The notes beneath the pieces are model-generated. The model had not been told where the DNA came from and did no database searches. It saw nothing but the letters and a program-made list of their open reading frames with translations. A stretch of 64,000 bases of DNA from a virus: IMG/VR virus record IMGVR_UViG_3300032321_001536; one strand, written 5' to 3'. The translations under genes and the position numbers were made by a program. Shown one piece after another: positions 28,898 to 38,120 of the stretch (positions are counted from its first letter, which is position 1; each line of letters starts with the position of its first letter).

Positions 28898-30241
28898 ATG
28901 AGATTTATTAAAGAATATAATCAATTTATTTTAGAAGAGGTATCTAAGAACGAACCTATTCCAGAACTTATTGGAACTGATAGAGGTCTTGCTATTTTCT
29001 TAATTGGAGCTCCTGGTATCGGAAAGTCTTATTTTGTTAAAAATCATATACATTCTAAAAATCCTAACATAAAGGATTTCTCAACAGATGATGTTTCTCT
29101 TCTTTATACAAAAGACCCTAACATATATTATAAAGGTAAAGAACTACCTGAAGGTGGTAGAACTAAAAACGCATCAGAGTTGAACTTAAACAGAATGGAA
29201 AAGTTTATGGAAACTGGTCAGAACTTTATCTATGATACAACCGGCGCTGGAAAAGAATTTACTGACCGTGGATTTGAACACGTCAAAGAAATCTTTGACA
29301 GTGCAAAAATTAATGAATATAAAATAGTATTCATTCATCTTCTTTCAACTTTACAAACATCAATCGAACAAGATAAGTTGAGAGACCGACACGTTGATCC
29401 ACATTATATTCAATGGGCTTATGCTAAACAACAAGGTGGTGAAATCGATGGAGTGAAAGTAGAAGGTAACATTCAAAGGTATAAAGCACTTAATCCAGAT
29501 GCTTATTATTTAGTAACATCAATAGACCAGAAATATAAGTTTTATAAATTCATTGATGGTAAATTGGCAGTTAGAAAGAATGACAGATATGTCATTAAAG
29601 AAAGTGTTGATAATAAAAATTCTACAGACCAAATAGTTGAAACTATGTTAGATTTTATTGAAGATGGATATGATGTAAAATTTATATCACACAGTGGAAG
29701 TATGACTTATCAACAATATTTAGATGGTATTCTAATGCAATCACAATTAAAATTGAGTAGTGGTGTTTTAGTTTCTCAATTTACTATTAAATTTATAAAA
29801 AATGAGAAATTTAATAACTATGAAGATTTTGTTAGAATTTGTGATGAAATGCAAGTGACAATTGCTAGACTTTCGGATATAGGTTGGTCTTTTGCAAAAT
29901 TTAATGTCAATGGTTTTGAAGGTTATGCTAATGATGAATCACCGGAGGCTAAATTCAACGAAATAGAATTCAAGTTCAAAAAGAAAGATGAAAAATCAGG
30001 TGAAAAGAAATTTGACGTTGAGGAATTTAAGAAACATTTCTCAGATAAGACTAGTTTGTATGTTAAAGATGTAACAGAGTATGATGATAATGTTTATGTT
30101 GAGTTTGACTCAATTGACTTTGATGGTGAGCTTCCAAGAAATACTGATGATAGATTAGAAAGAGTAAAAGAGTTATATGGATTTGCAACTTATGATTACA
30201 GATGGCCAGAAAAACATGTATATTTTTTCTGGGAAGACTAA
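28898..30241 (+). CDS. P-loop NTPase (polynucleotide-kinase/zeta-like N-terminal domain) with large C-terminal extension
   Basis: Walker A LIGAPGIGKSYFVK; ATG 28898 rather than TTG 28892. Confidence 0.55.
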   Translation: MRFIKEYNQFILEEVSKNEPIPELIGTDRGLAIFLIGAPGIGKSYFVKNHIHSKNPNIKDFSTDDVSLLYTKDPNIYYKGKELPEGGRTKNASELNLNRMEKFMETGQNFIYDTTGAGKEFTDRGFEHVKEIFDSAKINEYKIVFIHLLSTLQTSIEQDKLRDRHVDPHYIQWAYAKQQGGEIDGVKVEGNIQRYKALNPDAYYLVTSIDQKYKFYKFIDGKLAVRKNDRYVIKESVDNKNSTDQIVETMLDFIEDGYDVKFISHSGSMTYQQYLDGILMQSQLKLSSGVLVSQFTIKFIKNEKFNNYEDFVRICDEMQVTIARLSDIGWSFAKFNVNGFEGYANDESPEAKFNEIEFKFKKKDEKSGEKKFDVEEFKKHFSDKTSLYVKDVTEYDDNVYVEFDSIDFDGELPRNTDDRLERVKELYGFATYDYRWPEKHVYFFWED

Positions 30242-30453
30242 CCTAAAATCTTATCAATTTGTTGATTCCTCCAATCACCTTTACTACTAAAATCAGCCGA
30301 ATAACATTGAATGGTTCTCCATCCAACTGCGTTAGAATCATCAATAATTTTTACCCAAGCGAATTTAGGACCACTTTCGTGTTCAAATAATTCATAGTTT
30401 TTACCTATTTCAAGGTCTTCTCTTTTGCTTGTATTACTAACACAGATATACAT
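30238..30453 (-). CDS. hypothetical protein (71 aa) downstream of cyclase
   Basis: ORF 24 nt after cyclase gene. Confidence 0.4.
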   Translation of the reverse strand: MYICVSNTSKREDLEIGKNYELFEHESGPKFAWVKIIDDSNAVGWRTIQCYSADFSSKGDWRNQQIDKILG

Positions 30454-30477
30454 AATAACAAATATAAGAAAAAAAGT

Positions 30478-31143
30478 TTATTTAACCTTCATTTTATAAG
30501 CTTTTTCTACAGTTGCTCCTCTTAAATCATATTTAGACAAATCAACTTTTACTATCTTACCTAAAATTTGAATTTTACTCATTTTAGCCTCAAGTGGTTT
30601 AGTTGAACAGAAAGCAATAGTTCCGCCAACTTCTGATACTTTTGATTCCATTCTGGATGCTGTGTTTACTGCATTTCCGAAAAAATCTTTTAATTCTACT
30701 TTTTGAATTTTATATGTTTTTTGATCCATATGACCTTGGCAAACACCAATTCTTAAGTTGTAAGCCTTTTCACTTAGTATAACTTCTTTGGCAAACTTCA
30801 TAGCATTAAACAAAGAATCTTCAGATGTTTCAAAATAAACCATAAAAGCATCTCCAATTGTTTTGACAATCCATCCTTTGTTTTTCTCAGAAACAGAATG
30901 TATTAACTTGTGATGGCCTTCAAGTTGTTTTGACATAGTTATAGGGTCATCTGACCACATCTTTGAAGATCCAACAACATCAGTAAAAACCATCGCGGGC
31001 ATTGGTCCAGATTTTTCTTTAACTTCTTCACTATCTTTAGACTCTTTTTGAGCTTGAGTTAAAAGTCTTTCTGATCTTTTTGGATCTTCTTTAGAAACTT
31101 CATCAGCCTCGTTTATTTGATTCCAGTTATTTAGGTATTTCAT
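30478..31143 (-). CDS. class III nucleotidyl cyclase (adenylate/guanylate cyclase catalytic domain), minimal 221-aa form
   Basis: AMVFTDVVGSS (metal Asp), KTIGDAFMVYFE (second Asp), DFFGNAVNTASRMES (transition-state N/R motif). Confidence 0.8.
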   Translation of the reverse strand: MKYLNNWNQINEADEVSKEDPKRSERLLTQAQKESKDSEEVKEKSGPMPAMVFTDVVGSSKMWSDDPITMSKQLEGHHKLIHSVSEKNKGWIVKTIGDAFMVYFETSEDSLFNAMKFAKEVILSEKAYNLRIGVCQGHMDQKTYKIQKVELKDFFGNAVNTASRMESKVSEVGGTIAFCSTKPLEAKMSKIQILGKIVKVDLSKYDLRGATVEKAYKMKVK

Positions 31144-31158
31144 ATATTATATATTAAT

Positions 31159-31503
31159 TTACAGGTATAAAAAATTTTGATATTTTTCTTCATTTCTCAA
31201 ATCAACTTCAATAGTTGTTTCTTTTAAAGGTGTTGTGAATTTTACTGTTACTGTTGTCAAATAATCAGACTCAACTCCTTCTAAAATTTCTTTTAATACA
31301 ATTTCTCTTTCTTCGTCTTTTGACATTTGAATACCGGTATCAATAAACAAATTGATTTGCCAGGGTAATCTTTTTTTAGTAAATGAATAAACAGACTGTT
31401 TGAAAACACCTGGTTGTCTTAGAAGTCCTTTATAAGTGAATAGTGAGAATATTATAACTCTTACAATATAATTGTGATAGACCTCATTAATATCCAGTTT
31501 CAT
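31159..31503 (-). CDS. hypothetical protein (114 aa) immediately upstream of cyclase
   Basis: 15-nt spacing suggests co-transcription. Confidence 0.45.
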   Translation of the reverse strand: MKLDINEVYHNYIVRVIIFSLFTYKGLLRQPGVFKQSVYSFTKKRLPWQINLFIDTGIQMSKDEEREIVLKEILEGVESDYLTTVTVKFTTPLKETTIEVDLRNEEKYQNFLYL

Positions 31504-31520
31504 ATTTAATATATATTATT

Positions 31521-32018
31521 ATGATTAAAGACTGGTCAAAATTTAATGAAAGTAACTCAACTGATTCATTTAAAAGTGAGGTAAATAAGATTAGACAATA
31601 CTTTTTAGAGTATGAAGATGACGATATTATCTCATATGAGATTTTAGTTTGCGGGTTTGGTGGAGTAAGAGAGCGTGATATACTTTGGTCTGTAAATCCA
31701 AATAATGGAAATTTTGAAAGATGGGTTGATTCTCAAACACAAGAAGCTAATAGATATCTTGATAATGAGTCTTATCGTCAATTATTTTTACGCACAACTG
31801 ATTTAGATAAATATCCTTTTGTTTTTTGTGCTAACATAAAGATAAAATCAGAAAATAGTGTTTTAGATGATTTCGGAGTTGATAAACTAAAAGATGTTTT
31901 AGTTACTTGGGATAGACTTAAAGATGATTATGATAAAGTTCTAATTGATTTGAATTCACAACATAAAGATTACAAACCAATGATGATAAAGATTTATTTT
32001 AACCCAATAGTTGATTAA
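31521..32018 (+). CDS. hypothetical protein (165 aa)
   Basis: ORF. Confidence 0.5.
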   Translation: MIKDWSKFNESNSTDSFKSEVNKIRQYFLEYEDDDIISYEILVCGFGGVRERDILWSVNPNNGNFERWVDSQTQEANRYLDNESYRQLFLRTTDLDKYPFVFCANIKIKSENSVLDDFGVDKLKDVLVTWDRLKDDYDKVLIDLNSQHKDYKPMMIKIYFNPIVD

Positions 32019-32220
32019 TCTTATCCTCTCTTTCTTCTGTTTTTAAGAGTCTTTTCCATTCGGTGATTGTTACTATCTCATCTTCGTTGAATACTGATTC
32101 ATTACAAGAACTCTCAACAAACCAAAGACACTTATAAACTCCATCGGATATCTTATCAAAGATTGTCATTTTATTTCCACCTGTGGTTTTTATGACTATA
32201 TCACCGGGTTTATACTTCAT
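31999..32220 (-). CDS. small DUF2158/YodC-like protein
   Basis: MKYKPGDIVIKTTGGNKMTI resembles the (F/Y)KxGDxVxLKSGGPxMTV signature. Confidence 0.45.
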   Translation of the reverse strand: MKYKPGDIVIKTTGGNKMTIFDKISDGVYKCLWFVESSCNESVFNEDEIVTITEWKRLLKTEEREDKINQLLG

Positions 32221-32268
32221 AAAAAGATATAAATTTTTATATCTTATTTATAATTTTTTTTGTTCTTC

Positions 32269-32940
32269 CTAATTTAAAATATAGATTTTACCATCTAATT
32301 TATTTGGATTATCTAATAGAGTTTTTAAATCAGTTTGAACCATAACCGCCTTTTTATTCTTTGATAAAACTGTCAAACTATTATCAAATTTAGTAACCTC
32401 TTTGTCAAACCTAGTTATAGAAGTATACTTTGCTGATCTAAGTTCTTCATCTTTTACATACTTTGATTTATAGAGTTGTGTATTAATAAACTCAGGAATA
32501 TCTCTTACTAAACAATTACCGGAAATTGAAATCCAATCGGACTCTGGATTTATATTTAAACCAGAGTCCATCGAGTTTAGGGACACTTTGAAAGCTGTTT
32601 GTAGATTATGTAAATTATCAAAATCACAGTTGAATTTAAAAATAAAATCTTCCCAATTAGATTCTATTTTTACATTAGATATACCAGGCTGAGAAGACAT
32701 TATCTTTTCAAACTGTGTAATCTTTTGTTTCAATTCTGGAATCTTAGGAACTTTATATCCATCTAAAGAATCAAGTGAAATTATAGAGTTGACTTCTACT
32801 TTTGATGAGCTTAGATTGATTGAGTATTTAAACTTACCAGAACCATCGGAATTTATTGTTATATCATCAATCAATTCAATACAAGATGTCAAACTAATTA
32901 GACATAATAGAAAACAAAATATTTTTACAAGTTTAAACAT
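32269..32940 (-). CDS. lipoprotein (signal peptide + lipobox LTSC)
   Basis: MFKLVKIFCFLLCLISLTSC when started at ATG 32940. Confidence 0.55.
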   Translation of the reverse strand: MFKLVKIFCFLLCLISLTSCIELIDDITINSDGSGKFKYSINLSSSKVEVNSIISLDSLDGYKVPKIPELKQKITQFEKIMSSQPGISNVKIESNWEDFIFKFNCDFDNLHNLQTAFKVSLNSMDSGLNINPESDWISISGNCLVRDIPEFINTQLYKSKYVKDEELRSAKYTSITRFDKEVTKFDNSLTVLSKNKKAVMVQTDLKTLLDNPNKLDGKIYILN

Positions 32941-32941
32941 A

Positions 32942-33844
32942 CTAAATACTGAAGTCAAAATCTAAATCATCTTCTGAACTACTTTGTTCCTGTTCCACCT
33001 CAATCATTTTAACCGGTGAATTCTTTTGATAATTCATAATCAAAAGTTCAACTCCTTTAGTTTGTGATTTACCGGATTTTGCCATAGCCGCCTTAGAAAA
33101 CTCTTTAGACTCCCATATATATTCATTTTTCGGAAACCACTCGTCTAACTTTTCAAAGTGATAATAACTTAAAGAAAATTTTCCTTTAATAGATTTAAGT
33201 GTTTCTGCTAATCTCTGGTGAGTAGAAATGCCAAAATCGTGATTCGCGTAATAGTTTTCTGTTTTAAAATATGGTGGATCACAATAAAAATAAGTTTTAG
33301 GTGAGTCATATTTTTTAATCACATCTTCAAAATCAGATGATTCGCAAAATGTAATTTTATCAAAGTGTTTCTGCCATTTTTTATCAACTAACTTAGATTT
33401 GAAAGAGTCAAATTTACTTCTGTATTTTCCTTTTAAATCAATGAACTTACCTTTTTCTGGATTTGTTCCAGACCAAACTTGACTTAAAATATAAGCATAC
33501 TTTGCTGCTGTTTGATAATCAGGAGTTGATAAGTCAACTTTGAAATCAGAACTAAAAATCTCACTTTGAAACTTATCAAATAAATCTTTATTCTGAGATT
33601 TATAATCTTTAATCACTTCATAAAAATCCTCATAGTTTCTTACACAGTTAAAGAGATTAACATTTAGTGGATTAAAGTCGTTATAAACAACTGTTTTTAA
33701 ATTTGGATAATTTGATAATTCCAATCTAAAGAAAACCCAAAACATACCAGAAAAGGGTTCGACAAAGGTTTCAATATCATTTGGAATATAATTTCTAATC
33801 CAAGTTCCGATTCTTGATTTACCACCTATATAAGATAAAGCCAT
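32942..33844 (-). CDS. dam: DNA adenine methyltransferase (Dam/D12 class N6-adenine MTase)
   Basis: FVEPFSGMFWVF (motif I) and YFYCDPPYF (DPPY motif IV). Confidence 0.8.
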   Translation of the reverse strand: MALSYIGGKSRIGTWIRNYIPNDIETFVEPFSGMFWVFFRLELSNYPNLKTVVYNDFNPLNVNLFNCVRNYEDFYEVIKDYKSQNKDLFDKFQSEIFSSDFKVDLSTPDYQTAAKYAYILSQVWSGTNPEKGKFIDLKGKYRSKFDSFKSKLVDKKWQKHFDKITFCESSDFEDVIKKYDSPKTYFYCDPPYFKTENYYANHDFGISTHQRLAETLKSIKGKFSLSYYHFEKLDEWFPKNEYIWESKEFSKAAMAKSGKSQTKGVELLIMNYQKNSPVKMIEVEQEQSSSEDDLDFDFSI

Positions 33845-33901
33845 TTAAAATTTGATTTTTTTATTATATGAAAAAAGACAACAGAAGTTGCCTTTTTTAT
33901 T

Positions 33902-34333
33902 TTACATTCTTACTTCCCAAGTGTCTTCTGACATTGTCCAGTCTTTGAAAACTTCATGACCTCCTCTGATTTTCCAATCAGAATCAATTGTTAGTTTTGA
34001 ACTAATTCCACCTCTTGGATTACAAACCATAACAATTCTAAGTCTTGATGGTTCGTAAACTTTCATTAAATCATCATAAACTATATTAATCAATCTCTCA
34101 TATGAAACAACAATATCTCTTAGTTGATAGATATAGTGTTTTAGTGATTTAAGTTCAACAATTTTCTTATCTGCGTAAAAGGTCAAATAAAAGGTTGCAA
34201 AATCAGGTTGTTCTTGAACACCCAAAAATGTACATTCTGGAATTTTAATCTTAGCCTCGTAAGCTTCTGGACTTGGATTTGGTAGTGATTTTAGTAAAGA
34301 ACTATCTATTTTATCGTATAGTTTTTTTTCCAT
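33902..34333 (-). CDS. queF: QueF-like NADPH-dependent 7-cyano-7-deazaguanine (preQ0) reductase, unimodular T-fold
   Basis: ECTFLGVQEQPDFATF (Cys + QPDFA) and ELKSLKHYIYQ (E-x-K-S-x-K motif). Confidence 0.6.
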   Translation of the reverse strand: MEKKLYDKIDSSLLKSLPNPSPEAYEAKIKIPECTFLGVQEQPDFATFYLTFYADKKIVELKSLKHYIYQLRDIVVSYERLINIVYDDLMKVYEPSRLRIVMVCNPRGGISSKLTIDSDWKIRGGHEVFKDWTMSEDTWEVRM

Positions 34334-34342
34334 ATTTAATTG

Positions 34343-34954
34343 TTATTTTTTTAATGTTTGAATTCTATCTCGTATTTCAGCAGCTATTTCATACTCTTCA
34401 TTTTCAATTGCATTTTGCATAAGTATTTCTAAGTCTTCTACTGAGACAACTCTTTCTTCTTTTCTGTTATCAATGTAAGAATCAAAGTCGTCCTCAAAAT
34501 CATCTTCATCTTCAAAATCATCTGTTTCTGGTTCAGTACCATTATCATTCAATTGAATTCCAATTTGATTGAGTATTTCTAAAGTAGTGTAAATTGGACA
34601 TTTGAAAAGTGTAGAGATTGCAATACCATCACCTATAGGTGTTTCAACTTCCATTTCGTAAAGACCGTTTGATACAACAATCTTTGTGTAGAATATTCCC
34701 TCAAGTAGAGCATAGATATAAACCTCTTGAACATCTAACTCAAATGAATCACAGATTCCTCTAAAAATATCATGTGTTAGAACTTTAGAAGATTTAATTC
34801 CTTCTATTTCGATTGCTATTCTTTGAGCTTCTGGTGTTTTAATTATGATAGGCATTTTTCTTCCACCTCTTTTTTCTGATAGAACACAGACATAAGAACC
34901 AACTTGAGTTTGGCTATAGGATAAACCTAAAATTTTTAATTCTTTTCTTTTCAT
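34343..34954 (-). CDS. bifunctional nuclease family protein (DUF151/BFN) with C-terminal UVR domain
   Basis: RKMPIIIKTPEAQRIAIEIEGIKSSKVLTHDIF matches DUF151 core; C-terminal LEILMQNAIENEEYEIAAEIRDRIQTLK is UvrB/C-like. Confidence 0.7.
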   Translation of the reverse strand: MKRKELKILGLSYSQTQVGSYVCVLSEKRGGRKMPIIIKTPEAQRIAIEIEGIKSSKVLTHDIFRGICDSFELDVQEVYIYALLEGIFYTKIVVSNGLYEMEVETPIGDGIAISTLFKCPIYTTLEILNQIGIQLNDNGTEPETDDFEDEDDFEDDFDSYIDNRKEERVVSVEDLEILMQNAIENEEYEIAAEIRDRIQTLKK

Positions 34955-35328
34955 TTTAATATTTTATTTAATCTAAAGTGTCTTTCGTAATTTGAGTTAC
35001 AGGCCTCATTTTTAATAATCAATTTAAATAGTTCTTCATTAGAGTTAAACTCTTCAATAGTAAAAAGAATATCATCATATGTTTGATTGACTATTATGAA
35101 CTTATATCGGTTTTTTGAACTTTGTTTTTCTTCTTTAGATAATTCTTTTATCACGTAAAATTCATTTCTATTTTCAAACTCTATAAAGTATCTTACATCT
35201 TCATCACCTTCGAAAAGATTGTAAGATTTTTTCTTATTCGATATAACTCTGTTGTGATAAAGACCACGGGTGGATGAATATTCAACCCACCCCATCTTTT
35301 GAATTATATATGAATTTAGTTCAAACAT
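34951..35328 (-). CDS. hypothetical protein (125 aa; ATG 35328 shares a nucleotide with upstream stop)
   Basis: TAATG junction. Confidence 0.45.
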   Translation of the reverse strand: MFELNSYIIQKMGWVEYSSTRGLYHNRVISNKKKSYNLFEGDEDVRYFIEFENRNEFYVIKELSKEEKQSSKNRYKFIIVNQTYDDILFTIEEFNSNEELFKLIIKNEACNSNYERHFRLNKILK

Positions 35329-35978
35329 TAGTCTTGTAGAAGTAAGTCGGCCGCTGATGTTGCAGCAAAAGCCATCGGTTTTGCCCAAGTTCTAAAACCC
35401 ATGCCTCTCAACCAAGGTGCATAACTTTTATAAGCAGGATATGATTTATTTTTCATTATTCCTTTTTCATTTAAAGAGCCTTGAAATGGATTAAAATCAA
35501 CATGAACATCAATTGTTCTGAATTCCATCATGTCAGCCGGCGTTAAGAATAAAGCATTCATAACAGCTTCTTCTTGGTGAAGAGGAACGTGAGAAAACTC
35601 ACCAGCACATTTTAATAAATGATACTTATATCTTTTTCTTTCTTTATCACAAAGATCTTTTCTTTGATAGAATTGAGATAACTCATCATCAAGATAAACA
35701 CCTAAATCATGTAGATACTGAGCTTCTTTAAAAAGTCGTTCATTATTTTCTCTAATCTTAGAACAACTTTCTCTGAAGAAAACAACGTGAGCTCCGTGTC
35801 TAAGATCGCCATTATACATCATAATAGTGATTGCATAAACAGTTCTTCGTCTCTTTTGTATAGAGTCACAACCAATTGATATAGTAACACTGGGGTCTTT
35901 TTCAATATAGTCCCTAAGATATTCTATGATATCTGGAATATAATCACCACCAAATTTTTTAAATCTATTTTTAAACAT
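35328..35978 (-). CDS. DUF458/YkuK-like RNase H-fold protein
   Basis: ISIGCDSIQ...TVYAITIMMYNGDLRHGAHVVFF resembles IGxDSQ...GHGA pattern. Confidence 0.45.
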   Translation of the reverse strand: MFKNRFKKFGGDYIPDIIEYLRDYIEKDPSVTISIGCDSIQKRRRTVYAITIMMYNGDLRHGAHVVFFRESCSKIRENNERLFKEAQYLHDLGVYLDDELSQFYQRKDLCDKERKRYKYHLLKCAGEFSHVPLHQEEAVMNALFLTPADMMEFRTIDVHVDFNPFQGSLNEKGIMKNKSYPAYKSYAPWLRGMGFRTWAKPMAFAATSAADLLLQD

Positions 35979-36204
35979 AATCTAATTCTTCATTTATTTT
36001 TACTACTTTGAGTATTGACTCTTTTACAATATCAGGTGGGAAAACAACAAAAGTTCCGTCTTCTAAAGTTAGTTCGAAACCATCATTCATGTAAAAAGTC
36101 TTTACCATTGCTAGTAAATCATTATAGTTTTGTGTGCTGAGTTGTGCTGTTCCACCTACAAACTCACCATACTTATTAATCAAAACAAGTCTTATAGTAA
36201 CCAT
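35971..36204 (-). CDS. hypothetical protein (77 aa)
   Basis: ORF. Confidence 0.4.
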   Translation of the reverse strand: MVTIRLVLINKYGEFVGGTAQLSTQNYNDLLAMVKTFYMNDGFELTLEDGTFVVFPPDIVKESILKVVKINEELDYV

Positions 36205-36233
36205 GTCGTATATATCTTTTTTATCTTATTAAC

Positions 36234-36261
36234 CAAAAAAAGGGGAACCAACCGTTCCCCT
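36234..36261 (-). terminator. rho-independent terminator for the minus-strand block (ggggaac caac gttcccc + T-run on minus)
   Basis: 7-bp G/C stem, A7 on + strand. Confidence 0.6.
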
Positions 36262-36274
36262 TTTTCGACCTAAA

Positions 36275-37396
36275 TTACTTACCAGGTTTGTTGATTTTCT
36301 TAATGGTTCTCAACAAGTCTTCAAATTGAAGAAGGAACTTTTTCAATTTTGGATTAGTAACATCTGCGATGTTGTCCAAAATGAAGAGTAGGTAAGCTGT
36401 CTTTTCATCATCACCAACGTTATTCAAGAACTTAACGCAGTTTTCTAACTGTTTTTCAGACAACTTAGTGATATCAATCTCTTTCAATGACTGAATCAAT
36501 TCAGAGTTCTTATCACGGTTGTATTTCTCAAGGTCTTTCTTAATACGGTCGTAGTCATTAAGAACATCTTGGATTGAGATATTCAACATATCTTCACAGT
36601 ATTGGATGAACTTCATTGCTGAGTTTCCAACGTATCCAGATGCGACCTCTTTCAAAAGTGGAAGGAAATCTCGTGGAGATGCGTCCATTCCCCAGTTTTC
36701 AGTGATGAACTTAGACAACATAGTCCAAGAACGTGGAGTTGCGTAACCCTTAGTGTTATCACTCGTCTTATACATTTGCTCTGGGTGAGCTTTGATGAAA
36801 GAAGTGATAAGTTTGTGACATCCTTCAGTCGCGAAGTCACCAAGCCACTCTTCAACAGAAAGTGAATGAGAAATGTGAATTAGACGGTTGTTAAGAGCCG
36901 AGTCGAATTCTTCAACATCCGTTCCATCTTCGTCACCTAAGTTACCTGATGCCATCATAATAACGTTAGAGTTGAATTTGAACTCACCAATCTCACGCTC
37001 AAGTAAGATTTGAAGAGCCGCGTTACGCACGAACTGAGGTGCTCGGTTCAACTCTTCAAAGTGAATTAGAGTTGGTCGTTGGTTAGCCTCATAAGCCCAC
37101 TTTGGAACTGCATATCCAGAGACTTTGATTGGTTTACCATCGAACATACCATCCTCAAGGTAAGGGTATTTAAAGTCTGATTCATCAGACATTGAGAGAC
37201 GCATATCTAAATAAGCGAATCCCATCTTTTCAGCGATTGAGCGACCGATTGCTGACTTAGCAACTCCTGGCTTAGATGATATAAAAAGAACACCATATTT
37301 CGCCCACATAATAGCAAAATACTTTCTTTCTTTCTCAGTTAGATTTCCAAGAGTCTCTAACATTTCTTTTGACATTCCATTAGGTTTCATTGACAT
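36275..37396 (-). CDS. MoxR-like AAA+ ATPase (AAA_5 family)
   Basis: Walker A SKPGVAKSAIG, Walker B/sensor IHFEELNRAPQFVRNAALQILLEREIG. Confidence 0.7.
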   Translation of the reverse strand: MSMKPNGMSKEMLETLGNLTEKERKYFAIMWAKYGVLFISSKPGVAKSAIGRSIAEKMGFAYLDMRLSMSDESDFKYPYLEDGMFDGKPIKVSGYAVPKWAYEANQRPTLIHFEELNRAPQFVRNAALQILLEREIGEFKFNSNVIMMASGNLGDEDGTDVEEFDSALNNRLIHISHSLSVEEWLGDFATEGCHKLITSFIKAHPEQMYKTSDNTKGYATPRSWTMLSKFITENWGMDASPRDFLPLLKEVASGYVGNSAMKFIQYCEDMLNISIQDVLNDYDRIKKDLEKYNRDKNSELIQSLKEIDITKLSEKQLENCVKFLNNVGDDEKTAYLLFILDNIADVTNPKLKKFLLQFEDLLRTIKKINKPGK

Positions 37397-37450
37397 ATAT
37401 TTTTCGTTTTTATTTTTAACAAAGTTAGTTATTAATTTTAATTTACCAAA

Positions 37451-37660
37451 TTATTTTGAAAAATTAATTATACATTTTCTAATTTCAGAACCTAATTCTC
37501 TATCATTAGGTAGTGATTTGACTAAACTATCAAATCTAAATAAGTTTCGTGTGTTTTTTCCCAAATCACCATCATTTGGGTAGCTCTTTACTAGTGACTT
37601 TAACACTATTAGGTTTTCTTCATTGAAGATGTTTGTTGTGAGTATATTCATATCTTTCAT
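37451..37660 (-). CDS. hypothetical protein (69 aa) with internal repeat (LVKSYPNDGDLGKNTRN / LVKSLPNDRELGSEIRK)
   Basis: two ~20-aa repeats in translation. Confidence 0.4.
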   Translation of the reverse strand: MKDMNILTTNIFNEENLIVLKSLVKSYPNDGDLGKNTRNLFRFDSLVKSLPNDRELGSEIRKCIINFSK

Positions 37661-37662
37661 AA

Positions 37663-38118
37663 TTATACAAATCTAATAAAATAATCTGAAAACTCAACAT
37701 TATTTGAAAAAATATTTTTTCTTTTTAATGTTCCAATTCCATCATCAACTACAATATAATAAATAGGTTTAATCGAATCTATCATATTTTGAATAATTGA
37801 ATTTGTTTCACCAATACCGGTCATTTTGTAAAAATCTTTTGGATCATCTACTTTAACATAGTAGTTGTGACCGGATTGATAACTATCAATTGATTTGACA
37901 CAACTAAACAAAGTATATTTACCATCCTCTATTTCTAAAGAAATTTTTACATTCGCTTCATTCGCTTCATTTTCAATGATGTCATTTATCTGAGATTGTA
38001 GTTCTTTAATATCTTCTTCTGAAATCTGATTATCTGAAATCAATTTCTCTAAAATTATTCTTTTTTCTTCCACGGTCTGTGCGAAGTTGAATTCACCAAT
38101 ATTTTCTATTTCTTGCAT
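37663..38118 (-). CDS. hypothetical protein (151 aa)
   Basis: ORF. Confidence 0.45.
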   Translation of the reverse strand: MQEIENIGEFNFAQTVEEKRIILEKLISDNQISEEDIKELQSQINDIIENEANEANVKISLEIEDGKYTLFSCVKSIDSYQSGHNYYVKVDDPKDFYKMTGIGETNSIIQNMIDSIKPIYYIVVDDGIGTLKRKNIFSNNVEFSDYFIRFV

Positions 38119-38120
38119 AA

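Noticed and set aside
30478-31143. Assigning the class III cyclase to a Pycsar- or CBASS-type defence operon
   Set aside because: No TM/TIR/phospholipase-type effector or CD-NTase partner in the neighbourhood; the flanking genes are small soluble proteins. I therefore treat it as a viral signalling or counter-defence enzyme of unknown role.
33902-34333. Alternative reading of the QueF-like protein as GTP cyclohydrolase I (FolE)
   Set aside because: Not fully excluded because both are T-fold enzymes. However, the Cys+QPDFA and E-x-K-S-x-K motifs are QueF-specific and FolE zinc-ligand motifs (CEHH) are absent. QueF assignment kept with moderate confidence.
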